Sequence record: SRR31156797_1402
Strand: one strand, 5' to 3'
Length of the DNA: 64,000 bases
Made by a program: the position numbers and the translations under genes. The notes beneath the pieces are model-generated. The model did no database searches. It worked only from the letters and a program-made list of their open reading frames with translations, and was not told the origin of the DNA. Positions 52,401 to 61,222 of the stretch are shown here, piece after piece (the first letter of the stretch is position 1; each line of letters begins with the position of its first letter).

Positions 52401-54124
52401 TTTAAGCCGATATTATCCAGGATAGGCATAAGCTCTGTGAGAAGGTATCTCGTATCAGAGTATATTTTGAGGATAGCCTTCCCTTCATCTGTATAAAGCC
52501 TTGAACGCACACCAGAAATCTTTTCCAGAAGTCTTATGTCACCAAATGTAGCCTCTGCTGAGTTTCTTGACTTATATGTGTCGTTAAATCTCTCAACATA
52601 TTTAGTGTAAACAGTATCAACCTCAGAACCGCCGAGCCTCTCTCTGAGGACATCGTAAAGATTTGAATCCCAAGTACGCATCATAGAATAGATGTCTATC
52701 TTAGCCTTATCCTCATCAACATTCTCAAGCACAGCAGTGTCTTTAACATACAGGTGAAAATGCAGAAAGTATCTTTTGTGCTCATCCTGCCTGATAGAAA
52801 CATCGAGCAGTGTCGCATCAAATATATCTGTAAGGTAATTCTCTATCTCGCGAACAAGCTCAGACGAAAATCTCTCGTCCGGCATAGCGATAAAGAAGAA
52901 TAAGTTATTTAGCGGGCGGAAATCCTTATAGCAGATTCTTATCTGATTTGTGCCCTGCATGGAGATGATCAGCTCCAGCATCTTTGTCATAAGGTGAGTC
53001 GAAAAGTTGAACAGCTCAACCTTCGGGAAAGTACCTACAAGGTCTCTGACCCATTTATAATCGTGCGAGCCGTGGACAAAATTAAAATGATTAAGCGTAT
53101 CCTTAACCTTTTCTTTTATAATAGGAATTTCATAAGGCTGTGTCATCCGCCCCTTATTAGAAAAGAGACCAAGAACACATATTATCCGGCTCGAATTTGT
53201 ACTGTTATCAAGGAAGAGAATCCTGTTAAGGTATCCTCTCTCTTTCATGCGTGATTTAGTGAGTGATTTATCCACAACAACAGGATAACCCTCAACAAAA
53301 TTAAATTTATCATCTTCAATATATCCGCTGATAGTCTCATAATCAGGGTCAGACGTATCAAGCCTAAAAATCCCCAGCTTATTGCACGTGTGGCAGTGCT
53401 TCTGTTTATCTATGTCGATAACTCTTGCACCCTGAAAGATGAAGTTATCCTGAAGCAGCCAGTGGATAAACCTGGATACATTTATGTTATTAGAGCGGTA
53501 CTCAGTCGAGAGATTATGAAGAAGCTCAGTAACTTTATGAAAGTCATCAACAGCGAGGATACAATTATCATATACCTCATGAACATCCTTACTTATCTCT
53601 TTAAGAGTATTATCTTCTCTATTTTCGATAAAGATCATCACAAAAGACTCGTTTTTAGAGCCTATTGACGTTTCAGCGACCTTTTTAATGTTCCCTTTAC
53701 CATCCCTTTCAATGTTAAAAATAGGGTGGAGGATAAAAAGGTTTTTAAACTCTTTCTCTTCGAGATATCCCCAAACACTGTCGTAAAGGAAAGGTCTGTC
53801 GTCTGTAACAGCAGCGACAAGGCTGAAATTACCTATGAAAAAGTCAGCGTTTTCAAGCCCGTCAGAGTGGACAAAAACCTTTTTCTTTTTACGTTTGTTT
53901 AAGATATCGAATAGATAGATAATAAAATTCTCAAGATCCTCATCAGAGAGGAAATTAAGCATATTGGAAGGGATCTGACCGAATATCAGACCGCTGAAAT
54001 CAAAAAGCACTTCGTTCTCTTTCTTATACTTGCCGAAAAGCCTGTTATGCTTTTCCTGTATCACGTCGTAGTTGTATTCTCCAAAGTCAGATTTGGTAAT
54101 ACATGAGAAATAGGATGGATTCAT
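49415..54124 (-). CDS. gdhB: large NAD-specific glutamate dehydrogenase
   Basis: 1569 aa; GVHLRGGKVARGGLRFSDR, KNAVIVPVGSKGGF, VVAADKGTATFSD, GDMAGDVFGNGML, DNSAGVDMSDHEVNLKI. Confidence 0.93.
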   Translation of the reverse strand: MNPSYFSCITKSDFGEYNYDVIQEKHNRLFGKYKKENEVLFDFSGLIFGQIPSNMLNFLSDEDLENFIIYLFDILNKRKKKKVFVHSDGLENADFFIGNFSLVAAVTDDRPFLYDSVWGYLEEKEFKNLFILHPIFNIERDGKGNIKKVAETSIGSKNESFVMIFIENREDNTLKEISKDVHEVYDNCILAVDDFHKVTELLHNLSTEYRSNNINVSRFIHWLLQDNFIFQGARVIDIDKQKHCHTCNKLGIFRLDTSDPDYETISGYIEDDKFNFVEGYPVVVDKSLTKSRMKERGYLNRILFLDNSTNSSRIICVLGLFSNKGRMTQPYEIPIIKEKVKDTLNHFNFVHGSHDYKWVRDLVGTFPKVELFNFSTHLMTKMLELIISMQGTNQIRICYKDFRPLNNLFFFIAMPDERFSSELVREIENYLTDIFDATLLDVSIRQDEHKRYFLHFHLYVKDTAVLENVDEDKAKIDIYSMMRTWDSNLYDVLRERLGGSEVDTVYTKYVERFNDTYKSRNSAEATFGDIRLLEKISGVRSRLYTDEGKAILKIYSDTRYLLTELMPILDNIGLKVYEEDTYELAFPDKIKYINAVYFADIEDPDGFCDEYKGIIPELISKVLTGFVESDRLNGLAMSKKLTYRQIGLLRGLRNFIRQIESSFTLKTLNNALLNNADVAMLIVKLFEHKYDPAIKKPDCDSIIENIMGGIDLVQSVAEDKALRYYIWVIGGIVRTNYFRTPEREYISFKIASSTLDIIHEPRPMFEIFVHSAQMDGVHLRGGKVARGGLRFSDRIDDFRTEVLGLVKAQMVKNAVIVPVGSKGGFIVKNRLADRNADRENVVKQYKNYIKALLDITDNYKGTKIVHPDNVKLYDDPDPYLVVAADKGTATFSDLANSVSVDNGFWLGDGFASGGSTGYDHKKVGITAKGAWESVKRHFREMGKDIQKEPFTVAAVGDMAGDVFGNGMLLSRQIKLQAAFNHIHIFIDPDPDPEISFIERQRLFKLATAATWKDYSKDALSEHGAIYDRSAKKIELKKRVKEMLGTDLNVVTGEELINLILRMEGELFWNGGIGTYIKSSAETNAQVGDPGNDNLRISAPECRFKVIGEGGNLGVTQRARIELDILGVRVNTDALDNSAGVDMSDHEVNLKIMFDKLLGEGLIESVPARNKYIEKMTKPVEKLVLSDNYHQSMVISCAAMRYEQNPVVYRELARYLSDIGLLDFSIENIEFIDQDRAPTRPELCVVLAYSKIFFYNSIEAELDIEHELVRREYMDYYPVDTQEKFGDKLYEHSLRREIAATVVINRLTNQAGATFFFELYKNNSASFSKLAISYLEAEDLLGCKELRYSLEKLDNKAEAKAIYEALIEVEKTLKVATPWMLDDSNRKLISDNKEVFESIVAQIPKSISSDMKVNYDAMVESFTERGVPLKTAKFVCNLRYSKSAFDIFELAIKNGKTVKDVLHSYYDVGFKLCINELTTGMKQVKIRDEWERVNLESVLIRVKLIQKDIIEHACTKDKKWLERMIASEKNFFDNYEAFLVTVRNGEIDSLVPYNVILDMFTGLIRRFDAQ

Positions 54125-54195
54125 TAATTCCCCCTTGGATATTGAAAAAGAATTTACGGGGACGTGTCACCTGCCCCCATATATAATAATAGACC

Positions 54196-54666
54196 TTATT
54201 TTTTTTCTTTCAAAGCGATTTCGATGACAAAAGACTCATCATCAAGGGTAAATTTGACACCAACACAAATAATGTGCGTTGGTCTTTGGATAGTGTGCCC
54301 CTTGCCTGTGATAACATTAGGGACAGAAATGCTAAATTTCTTACCTTTATCGGTAAACATCTTCTTCGTACTTCCGGCGATCATATTGATAAGCTCACCT
54401 ATAGCATCGCCAACATCTGTATCTACCTCTTCCTTATCTTCCATAAGGAAGATAGAAGCAATTTTCATAGAAAGTTTTTCCGGCATGCTTATTGAAACAT
54501 ATCCCACAACATCGCCAACAATACCTATGACAGCTGACACATCGTAGTGAAGGTTCTGATCAGACTTTATGTACAGATCTCCCTTCTCAGGATGCAGCCC
54601 CGTCATAGTTTCGAAGACATTAAGAGTAGAGGAGATAAAAGGGTTTACATATTGTGCTTTCACCAA
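54196..54666 (-). CDS. cheX: chemotaxis phosphatase CheX
   Basis: YVNPF, DVSAVIG, DAIGELINMIAG (ExxN), ISVP. Confidence 0.9.
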   Translation of the reverse strand: MVKAQYVNPFISSTLNVFETMTGLHPEKGDLYIKSDQNLHYDVSAVIGIVGDVVGYVSISMPEKLSMKIASIFLMEDKEEVDTDVGDAIGELINMIAGSTKKMFTDKGKKFSISVPNVITGKGHTIQRPTHIICVGVKFTLDDESFVIEIALKEKK

Positions 54667-54754
54667 AGCCTCCCGAATAAATAACTTTGTTTATCACTAA
54701 GAATAAACGAATTTCTGTACGATGTCTATATTAAAGACCATTATAATCTGTAAG

Positions 54755-55318
54755 TTATGACCTCATATAATCCAGAAACTTCTTAGCTATTTTAGCAGTG
54801 AGTCCCCATATTATGTCATTGTCATATTTATAGAAATGCACATCCCGCCATTCTTTCCTTCGCAGCCATTTTTCAGAATAATAAATATCATCTCTTAAAA
54901 GATACGAAACAGGAATTTTATATAATCTATCCACCTCAGTCTCCTGAAGTTTAAACTCCGGCTTACTAATTAAACCAACAACAGGTGTCACCCTGTGCCC
55001 CCATTTAGAGAGTTCATCATCCATCATCCCAAGCACTTTGATCTGCTCAGGCTCGACACCTATCTCCTCATGGGTTTCTCTAACGGCTGTTTCAGCGAGG
55101 CTATTGTCAGCATCTTCACAAATACCGCCCGGAAAAGAGACCTCGCCACCGTGATGGTTAAGATCACGGATACGCTTAGTAAAAATAATACTGCATTCAT
55201 CACCGGAAGATATTATAGGAACTAAAACGGCGGCCACACGTTTAGTAGCCGCCATCTTATATCTATCGTAATTCTCAAGTTTTTCTTTTATAAAGTCGCT
55301 GGAGCAGTGCTTAGCCAA
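54755..55318 (-). CDS. Nudix CoA pyrophosphatase (NudL-like)
   Basis: AAVL, FTKR, HGGEVSFPGG, Nudix box RETHEEIG, IWGLTA. Confidence 0.9.
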   Translation of the reverse strand: MAKHCSSDFIKEKLENYDRYKMAATKRVAAVLVPIISSGDECSIIFTKRIRDLNHHGGEVSFPGGICEDADNSLAETAVRETHEEIGVEPEQIKVLGMMDDELSKWGHRVTPVVGLISKPEFKLQETEVDRLYKIPVSYLLRDDIYYSEKWLRRKEWRDVHFYKYDNDIIWGLTAKIAKKFLDYMRS

Positions 55319-57944
55319 TGAGACCTTCCACTATCTTCTCTACAGATGCGATAGCCTCATCAAGCTTCTCAGGGTTCTTACCGCCTGCCTGCGCCATATC
55401 AGGACGACCACCGCCGCCACCGCCGCAAATCTTAGCCACTTCACGGACGATATCACCAGCTTTAACCTTGCCTATAGTGTCTTTTGTAACACCGCATATA
55501 AACATAACTTTGCCGTCATTCTCAGCACCGGCAACAACTACACCGCTGCCTATCTTATCACGACCAGAGTCAACGAACTTACGCATAGCATCAACGTCAC
55601 CATTAGCAAGTTTAACAGCGAGAACCTTAACTCCGCTAACTTCCTTCACGTCATCCATAAGACCGGCAGCCTCTTTAGATGCCACCTGATCAGCGATTTT
55701 CTTAAGCTCCTTTTCTTTCTCCTTAAGTGTATCAGTCACCTCAACCATACGGTCGTAAAGTGCATCAGGAGTAGTCTTAAGGAGCTTTGCACCATCTTTT
55801 GCGAGTGTATCAAGCTTCTGCATACCTGCCACAGCAGCCATACCTGTCACAGCCTCGATACGCCTGACACCGGAAGCTACAGATGCTTCGCTGGTAACCT
55901 TGATGAGCCCGATGTCACCAGTGCGGTCAACGTGACACCCGCCACAAAGTTCTTTACTGTAATCGCCAACTTCAACAACACGTACTTCGTTGCCGTATTT
56001 CTCTCCGAAGAGAGCCATAGCGCCAGCTTTCACTGCATCATCGATATTCATATATGATTTCTGAAGTCCTGTATTCACCTGAACTTCCTTGTTAACTATT
56101 TCTTCAATAAGGGCAATCTCTTCTGCGCTAACAGGTGCATAGTGGTTAAAGTCGAACCTGAGTCTCTCAGGGTTAACCTGTGAGCCAGCCTGACGAACAT
56201 GATCACCAAGAACAATCTGGAGAGCTTTATGAAGGAGGTGTGTCGCTGTGTGGTTCTTCTCAGTAGCCTGTCTCGCTTCTTTATCTATCTCAGCCTTAAC
56301 AGTCTCACCCTTTTTGATAGAGCCTATCTCGAATTTACCCTTCATAGCGATCATTCCATCGCCGTATTTATTAGTATTAGCCACTGCAAAAACAGCAGTA
56401 TCAGTTTTTATATACCCTTTATCACCAGCCTGACCACCGCCCTCAGCGTAGAATGGAGTCTTAGCGAGTATAATGTCACACTCACCCTCAGCCAGATCAA
56501 CCTCTTTGTCATCTTTAATAATAGCAACAACTTCTGACTCTGTTGCGAACTCATCATAGCCTACGAACTCAGTTGAAAGGTTGCTTGCGAGGTTGAGATA
56601 AATGTCAGCAACTTTCTGCTCACCACTTCCAGACCATGACTTTTTTGCACGCTCCTGCTGTGCCTGCATCTCCTGCTCGAAGCCTACAGTGTCGAGAGCG
56701 TAGCCGTTGTCTTCTGCGATATCAGCGAGAAGATCAACAGGAAAGCCAAATGTATCGTACATCTTGAAGATGTCATCACCGGAGATAACCTTGCTCTCTT
56801 TGTACTTCTCAAGAAGCTCATCTATGATTTTGAGACCAGTATTAAGCGTTCTGCTGAATGCCTGCTCTTCACTTGTAACTACTTTAGCTATATAGGATTT
56901 CTTGTCAGCAAGCTCTATGTAGTGACCTTTCATGAAATCAACTACGAACTCGCAAACTTTAAAGAAGAATATACCGTCGAGACCGAGCATACGACCGTGG
57001 CGCATAGCACGTCTCATGATTCTTCTGAGTACATATCCACGACCTTCGTTGGATGGAAGTACACCGTCACCGATGAGGAATGTAGCCGCCCTAGAGTGGT
57101 CAGCGATAACTCTCATGGAAACGTTATCCTTCTCAACGTCGCCGTATTTCTTACCAGCGAGGTCAGCGATAAAGTGGATGATCGGCTGAAAAAGGTCAGT
57201 GTCATAGTTGCTTGTCACGCCCTGCACAACTGATGCAACACGCTCAAGCCCCATACCTGTGTCGATGGAAGGTTTCGGAAGCGGGTTAAGTGTTCCGTCT
57301 TCGCTACGATTGAACTGCATGAAAACGAGGTTCCACAGCTCAAGGTGTCTGTCGCACTCACAATTTCTGTCGCAATCCGGTGACTGACAGCCTGTTTCAG
57401 GACCCTGATCGATGTGAATCTCAGAACATGGACCGCAAGGACCTGTGTCGCCCATCGCCCAGAAGTTATCCTTCTCGTCTCTGTATTCGATATCTTTCGG
57501 GTCGAGCCCCATCTCTTCTTCCCAAATTTTAGCCGCTTCGTGGTCATCGTTATAAACTGATACGAACATTTTATCAGCAGGGAGCCCCATCTCTTTTGTG
57601 AGGAATTCCCAGCCAAATTTGATCGCATCAACTTTAAAATAATCTCCGAAAGAGAAGTTACCGAGCATCTCAAAAAATGTGTGGTGACGTGATGTAATAC
57701 CAACATTCTCAAGGTCGTTATGCTTACCGCCCGCTCTCACACACTTCTGGCTTGTAGTTGCACGTGTGTAAGGTCTTGTCTCTCTCCCGAGGAATGTATC
57801 TTTGAACTGGTTCATACCTGCGTTAGTGAAAAGGAGCGTAGGGTCATCGTGTGGTACAAGTGATGATGAGCCCACCCTTGTGTGTGCCTGACGCTCAAAG
57901 TATGCCAGAAATTTTTCTCTGATTTCGTGTCCTGTCATAGTCAT
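55311..57944 (-). CDS. alaS: alanine--tRNA ligase
   Basis: LLFTNAGMNQFK, HHTFFEMLGNFSFGDYFK, DTGMGLER, HTATH, ELCGG, GGGGRPDMAQAGG. Confidence 0.98.
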   Translation of the reverse strand: MTMTGHEIREKFLAYFERQAHTRVGSSSLVPHDDPTLLFTNAGMNQFKDTFLGRETRPYTRATTSQKCVRAGGKHNDLENVGITSRHHTFFEMLGNFSFGDYFKVDAIKFGWEFLTKEMGLPADKMFVSVYNDDHEAAKIWEEEMGLDPKDIEYRDEKDNFWAMGDTGPCGPCSEIHIDQGPETGCQSPDCDRNCECDRHLELWNLVFMQFNRSEDGTLNPLPKPSIDTGMGLERVASVVQGVTSNYDTDLFQPIIHFIADLAGKKYGDVEKDNVSMRVIADHSRAATFLIGDGVLPSNEGRGYVLRRIMRRAMRHGRMLGLDGIFFFKVCEFVVDFMKGHYIELADKKSYIAKVVTSEEQAFSRTLNTGLKIIDELLEKYKESKVISGDDIFKMYDTFGFPVDLLADIAEDNGYALDTVGFEQEMQAQQERAKKSWSGSGEQKVADIYLNLASNLSTEFVGYDEFATESEVVAIIKDDKEVDLAEGECDIILAKTPFYAEGGGQAGDKGYIKTDTAVFAVANTNKYGDGMIAMKGKFEIGSIKKGETVKAEIDKEARQATEKNHTATHLLHKALQIVLGDHVRQAGSQVNPERLRFDFNHYAPVSAEEIALIEEIVNKEVQVNTGLQKSYMNIDDAVKAGAMALFGEKYGNEVRVVEVGDYSKELCGGCHVDRTGDIGLIKVTSEASVASGVRRIEAVTGMAAVAGMQKLDTLAKDGAKLLKTTPDALYDRMVEVTDTLKEKEKELKKIADQVASKEAAGLMDDVKEVSGVKVLAVKLANGDVDAMRKFVDSGRDKIGSGVVVAGAENDGKVMFICGVTKDTIGKVKAGDIVREVAKICGGGGGGRPDMAQAGGKNPEKLDEAIASVEKIVEGLIG

Positions 57945-57966
57945 ATATCTCTCCAAATTCCTTATA

Positions 57967-58037
57967 GTCATTCTGACGTAAGTATCTCTGACTAAAGCCT
58001 GAGACTCTCACGGCTTCTATCGAAGCCTCAGAGTGAC
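57967..58037. repeat. REP/MITE-like element with 10-bp terminal inverted repeats
   Basis: GTCATTCTGA ... TCAGAGTGAC (1 mismatch); internal hairpin GGCTTC-TATC-GAAGCC. Confidence 0.65.
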
Positions 58038-58038
58038 G

Positions 58039-58335
58039 TTACTGTTTGTTTAAATTATCTAAGTATTCCTGCCACTCTATCGGCAACATATACTTTTTCT
58101 TACTATTACACTCTTTGCACGCAGGGACAACATTCCCCCTGGTGCTGAAACCACCTCTTGAGACAGGCACAACATGATCCATAGTCAGCTCAGCGGGAGG
58201 AAATTTATCCCCACAGTAGTGGCACAAACCCTCAGCGAGTTTGTTCTTCCACCAACCCTTCTTACGAAGTTCGCGAGCTTTCTCTTTCTCTTTCTTAATG
58301 TGTCTGTCGTCAGCGGTGATAAAAAAATTATCCAT
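58039..58335 (-). CDS. small HNH endonuclease
   Basis: CHYCG, LTMDHVVP, GG...GNVVPACKECN; start at ATG 58335 because the upstream extension is AT-rich promoter sequence. Confidence 0.88.
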   Translation of the reverse strand: MDNFFITADDRHIKKEKEKARELRKKGWWKNKLAEGLCHYCGDKFPPAELTMDHVVPVSRGGFSTRGNVVPACKECNSKKKYMLPIEWQEYLDNLNKQ

Positions 58336-58344
58336 ATCCGAAAG

Positions 58345-58373
58345 ATTATATTCATCTGCCCCGATAAATGCAA
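58345..58373 (-). promoter_or_regulatory. putative sigma70 promoter, near-leaderless HNH transcript
   Basis: TTGCAT-N17-TATAAT, 9 nt to ATG. Confidence 0.6.
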
Positions 58374-58682
58374 GAAAATACAATATATATGTATATATTC
58401 CGTAAAAAAGACTAAAAAAATATTTAATTTTAAAAAACCTTTTGAACATATGGTAATAAATAACTTTTTCTGGATAGTTACACGTAATAACAAAATTCAC
58501 TATGTATAAAAAATAGTTAGCTGTCAAATCTCTTTAAACTGTTGTCATTAAAGCATCCTATAGTGTTTCCGAATTTCTACGCCTTGCGTATTGATTTAAC
58601 CTATAGCCATTATTACTATGAAAACAAGCTCAAACCTGCACCAGAAAAGGGCTGTAGAATGATTTTACACTAATATTTCCTC

Positions 58683-58711
58683 TTGAACATAATATTACTT
58701 TTTAGTACACT
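58683..58711 (+). promoter_or_regulatory. putative sigma70 promoter of pckA
   Basis: TTGAAC-N17-TACACT upstream of RBS GGAGG. Confidence 0.55.
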
Positions 58712-58753
58712 CCCCCTAAGTTTGCAAAACCACATCAAAATTCGGAGGACATA

Positions 58754-60337
58754 GTGAGCAACATAGAACAGAAACTGTTTGAGGTTTACGGTCTTAAAAA
58801 CCTCGGCGAAATCAAAAGAAATCTCACAGCACCAGAGCTTTACGAAGAAATCATTAAAAATGGCGAAGGTAAAATAGCTCAGGGCGGAGCAATGGTCTGC
58901 CTCACTGGCGCAGTGACAGGACGCTCCCCTAACGATAAATTTATCGTTGAAGAAGATACTACAAAAAATGACGTTAACTGGTCGAAAGGAAACGTGGCTA
59001 TCAGCCAGGAGAAATTCGACAATATATATAACAAGCTCACAGCTTACTTCCAGCAGAAAGATGTATACGTACAAGAAGTATACGCTGGCGCTGACGAAGC
59101 TTCACGCATAAAAGTAAGAGCTATCAACACATACGCCTGGCAGAATATGTTCGTACAGAACATGTTCATCGAGCAGGACGTTAAAGACGATAACTTCGAC
59201 GCAGATTTCACTATCATCTGCGCACCAAACTTCAAAGCGCTCGGTGAAGAAGACGGTATCAACAGTGAAAACTTTGTTATCCTCAACTTCGCTAAGAAAG
59301 TTGTTATCATCGGTGGTACAGCATACGCAGGCGAGATGAAGAAATCTATCTTCACTGTTATGAACTACCTCCTCCCTAAACAGGAAATCATGTCTATGCA
59401 CTGCTCTGCAAACATAGGTAAAGAGGGCGACGTTGCACTCTTCTTCGGTCTTTCAGGTACCGGTAAAACAACACTTTCTACTGATCCTGACAGAGCACTC
59501 ATCGGTGACGACGAACACGGCTGGGACGAGAAAGGCGTTTTCAACATCGAAGGCGGCTGCTATGCGAAAGTTATCAACCTCTCACGTGAGATGGAGCCGG
59601 ACATCTTCAGAACTACAGAGATGCACAACACTATCCTCGAAAACGTTGTAATGGCTGACGACAGAACTATCGACCTCGACGACGACAGCATCACAGAAAA
59701 CACAAGAGCTTCATACCCTCTTGCTTCCATAGACAACATCGAGCCTTCAGGTAAAGGCGGCATGCCGAAGAACATCATTTTCCTTACATACGATGCATTT
59801 GGCGTTCTCCCTCCTGTATCTAAGCTCACTGTTCCACAGGCTATGTACCACTTCATATCCGGTTACACAGCGAAAGTTGCCGGTACAGAAAAAGGTGTTA
59901 CTGAGCCGAAAGCTGTCTTCTCTTCATGCTTCGGAGAGCCTTTCATGGTTTGGCATCCGTCTGTTTACGCTAAGCTCCTCGGCGACAAGATCGTTGAGAA
60001 CAACGTAACATGCTACCTCGTGAACACTGGTCTCACAGGAGGTCCGCACGGTGTAGGTTCCAGATTTAAGATCAGCCACACAAGGGAGATCATCACATCT
60101 ATCCTTAACGGCGACATCGATAAGTCTGAATTTGTACAGGACGAAATATTCGGATTCGGCATACCTAAAACTCTTGGAAACATCCCGTCAGATGTTATCC
60201 ACCCTCAAGAGAGCTGGGCTGACAAGGCTGCTTACAAAGCACAGCTTACTCAGCTTGCTGAAAACTTCAAAGCTAACTTCAAAAAATATGAAGAAGGCAC
60301 AGATGCTGAGATCATCGCTGGTGGTCCAAGAATCTAA
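58754..60337 (+). CDS. pckA: phosphoenolpyruvate carboxykinase (ATP)
   Basis: TGRSPNDK, YAGEMKK, MHCSAN, GLSGTGKTTLS, IGDDEHGW, EGGCYAK. Confidence 0.98.
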   Translation: MSNIEQKLFEVYGLKNLGEIKRNLTAPELYEEIIKNGEGKIAQGGAMVCLTGAVTGRSPNDKFIVEEDTTKNDVNWSKGNVAISQEKFDNIYNKLTAYFQQKDVYVQEVYAGADEASRIKVRAINTYAWQNMFVQNMFIEQDVKDDNFDADFTIICAPNFKALGEEDGINSENFVILNFAKKVVIIGGTAYAGEMKKSIFTVMNYLLPKQEIMSMHCSANIGKEGDVALFFGLSGTGKTTLSTDPDRALIGDDEHGWDEKGVFNIEGGCYAKVINLSREMEPDIFRTTEMHNTILENVVMADDRTIDLDDDSITENTRASYPLASIDNIEPSGKGGMPKNIIFLTYDAFGVLPPVSKLTVPQAMYHFISGYTAKVAGTEKGVTEPKAVFSSCFGEPFMVWHPSVYAKLLGDKIVENNVTCYLVNTGLTGGPHGVGSRFKISHTREIITSILNGDIDKSEFVQDEIFGFGIPKTLGNIPSDVIHPQESWADKAAYKAQLTQLAENFKANFKKYEEGTDAEIIAGGPRI

Positions 60338-60361
60338 TAATTGTTAAATTTTTTAACTTAC

Positions 60362-60396
60362 AAGGCTGAGTGATAACTTCCCTCAGCCTTTTTTTT
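60362..60396 (+). terminator. rho-independent terminator of pckA
   Basis: AAGGCTGAG-11-CTCAGCCTT followed by a T-tract. Confidence 0.85.
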
Positions 60397-60443
60397 GTGC
60401 TATAGTTATATTTAAAACGTTATTTGATATTGGGGAGTCACCT

Positions 60444-61070
60444 ATGGAAAAGCTTTTAAATGGAACTATAAAATTCAGAGAAACTTCTTTCGAGAAAAAT
60501 AAAGAACTCTTCGAACAGCTAGGTCAGGGGCAGGAGCCTCACACACTATTCATCGGCTGTTCCGACTCCCGTGTTGTTCCGGGTCTTATCACTAAAACCA
60601 TGCCGGGTGAGCTTTTTGTGGTAAGAAACATAGCCAATATCGTTCCGCACTACCGTGTATCTAAAGAGTATGCTGCGACTACATCAGCTATTGAGTATGC
60701 TGTGAGCGTCCTCGAGGTTGAAAATATCGTTGTCTGCGGGCACTCCAACTGTGGTGGATGTAACGCTCTTTATTACGAACCTGAACAGCTAAAAGATCTG
60801 CCAAACGTTGCCAATTGGCTGGAGCAACTTCAGGATGTTAAAAACGAAGTTAACTATAAGCACCCGAACGTAGACCCTGCGCACAGAGAGTGGATCACAG
60901 AACAGCTCAACATTGTACGCCAAATGGCAAACCTTCTAAGTTATCCGGCGATCAAAGAGAGATATCAGGCGGGTAAACTAAACATCGTAGGCTGGTACTA
61001 CATCATCGGTAAAGGTGAGGTTTACAACTTCAATAAAGACACATCCGAATTCGAGCTCATAACAGGGTAG
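60444..61070 (+). CDS. beta-class carbonic anhydrase
   Basis: GCSDSRV, FVVRNIAN, GHSNCGG. Confidence 0.95.
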   Translation: MEKLLNGTIKFRETSFEKNKELFEQLGQGQEPHTLFIGCSDSRVVPGLITKTMPGELFVVRNIANIVPHYRVSKEYAATTSAIEYAVSVLEVENIVVCGHSNCGGCNALYYEPEQLKDLPNVANWLEQLQDVKNEVNYKHPNVDPAHREWITEQLNIVRQMANLLSYPAIKERYQAGKLNIVGWYYIIGKGEVYNFNKDTSEFELITG

Positions 61071-61140
61071 CCACTTAGGCAAATCACAATACTGTGACCG
61101 CATACTGTGACCGCATACTGATCACCTCGTTTGAACGCCT
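61069..61140 (+). repeat. dispersed intergenic repeat, copy 2, with an internal 13-bp tandem duplication
   Basis: CACAATACTGTGACCG-CATACTGTGACCG-CATACTG; homologous to 32288-32347. Confidence 0.7.
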
Positions 61141-61164
61141 CTAGGTGGTCGACTAATTCACATT

Positions 61165-61198
61165 GTCACTGCGAGAAGAGAAGCGACGTGAGGATCTC
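61165..61198. repeat. half copy of GTCA(C/T)T REP-like element
   Basis: GTCACTGCGAGAAGAGAAGCGACGTGAGGATCTC; start resembles the arms of 57967-58037. Confidence 0.4.
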
Positions 61199-61222
61199 AG
61201 CCGTCTGGTTCAAAATATAATA

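Noticed and set aside
57945-58038. T-box riboswitch upstream of alaS
   Set aside because: Too short, and no GGTGGNACC T-box motif on the coding strand
58336-58527. Hydrophobic N-terminal extension of the HNH protein
   Set aside because: AT-rich sequence that contains a good promoter directly before ATG 58335
58555-58615. Purine riboswitch-like TTTCTAC motif upstream of pckA
   Set aside because: Other conserved elements and pairing stems are not evident, and it lies upstream of the predicted pckA promoter
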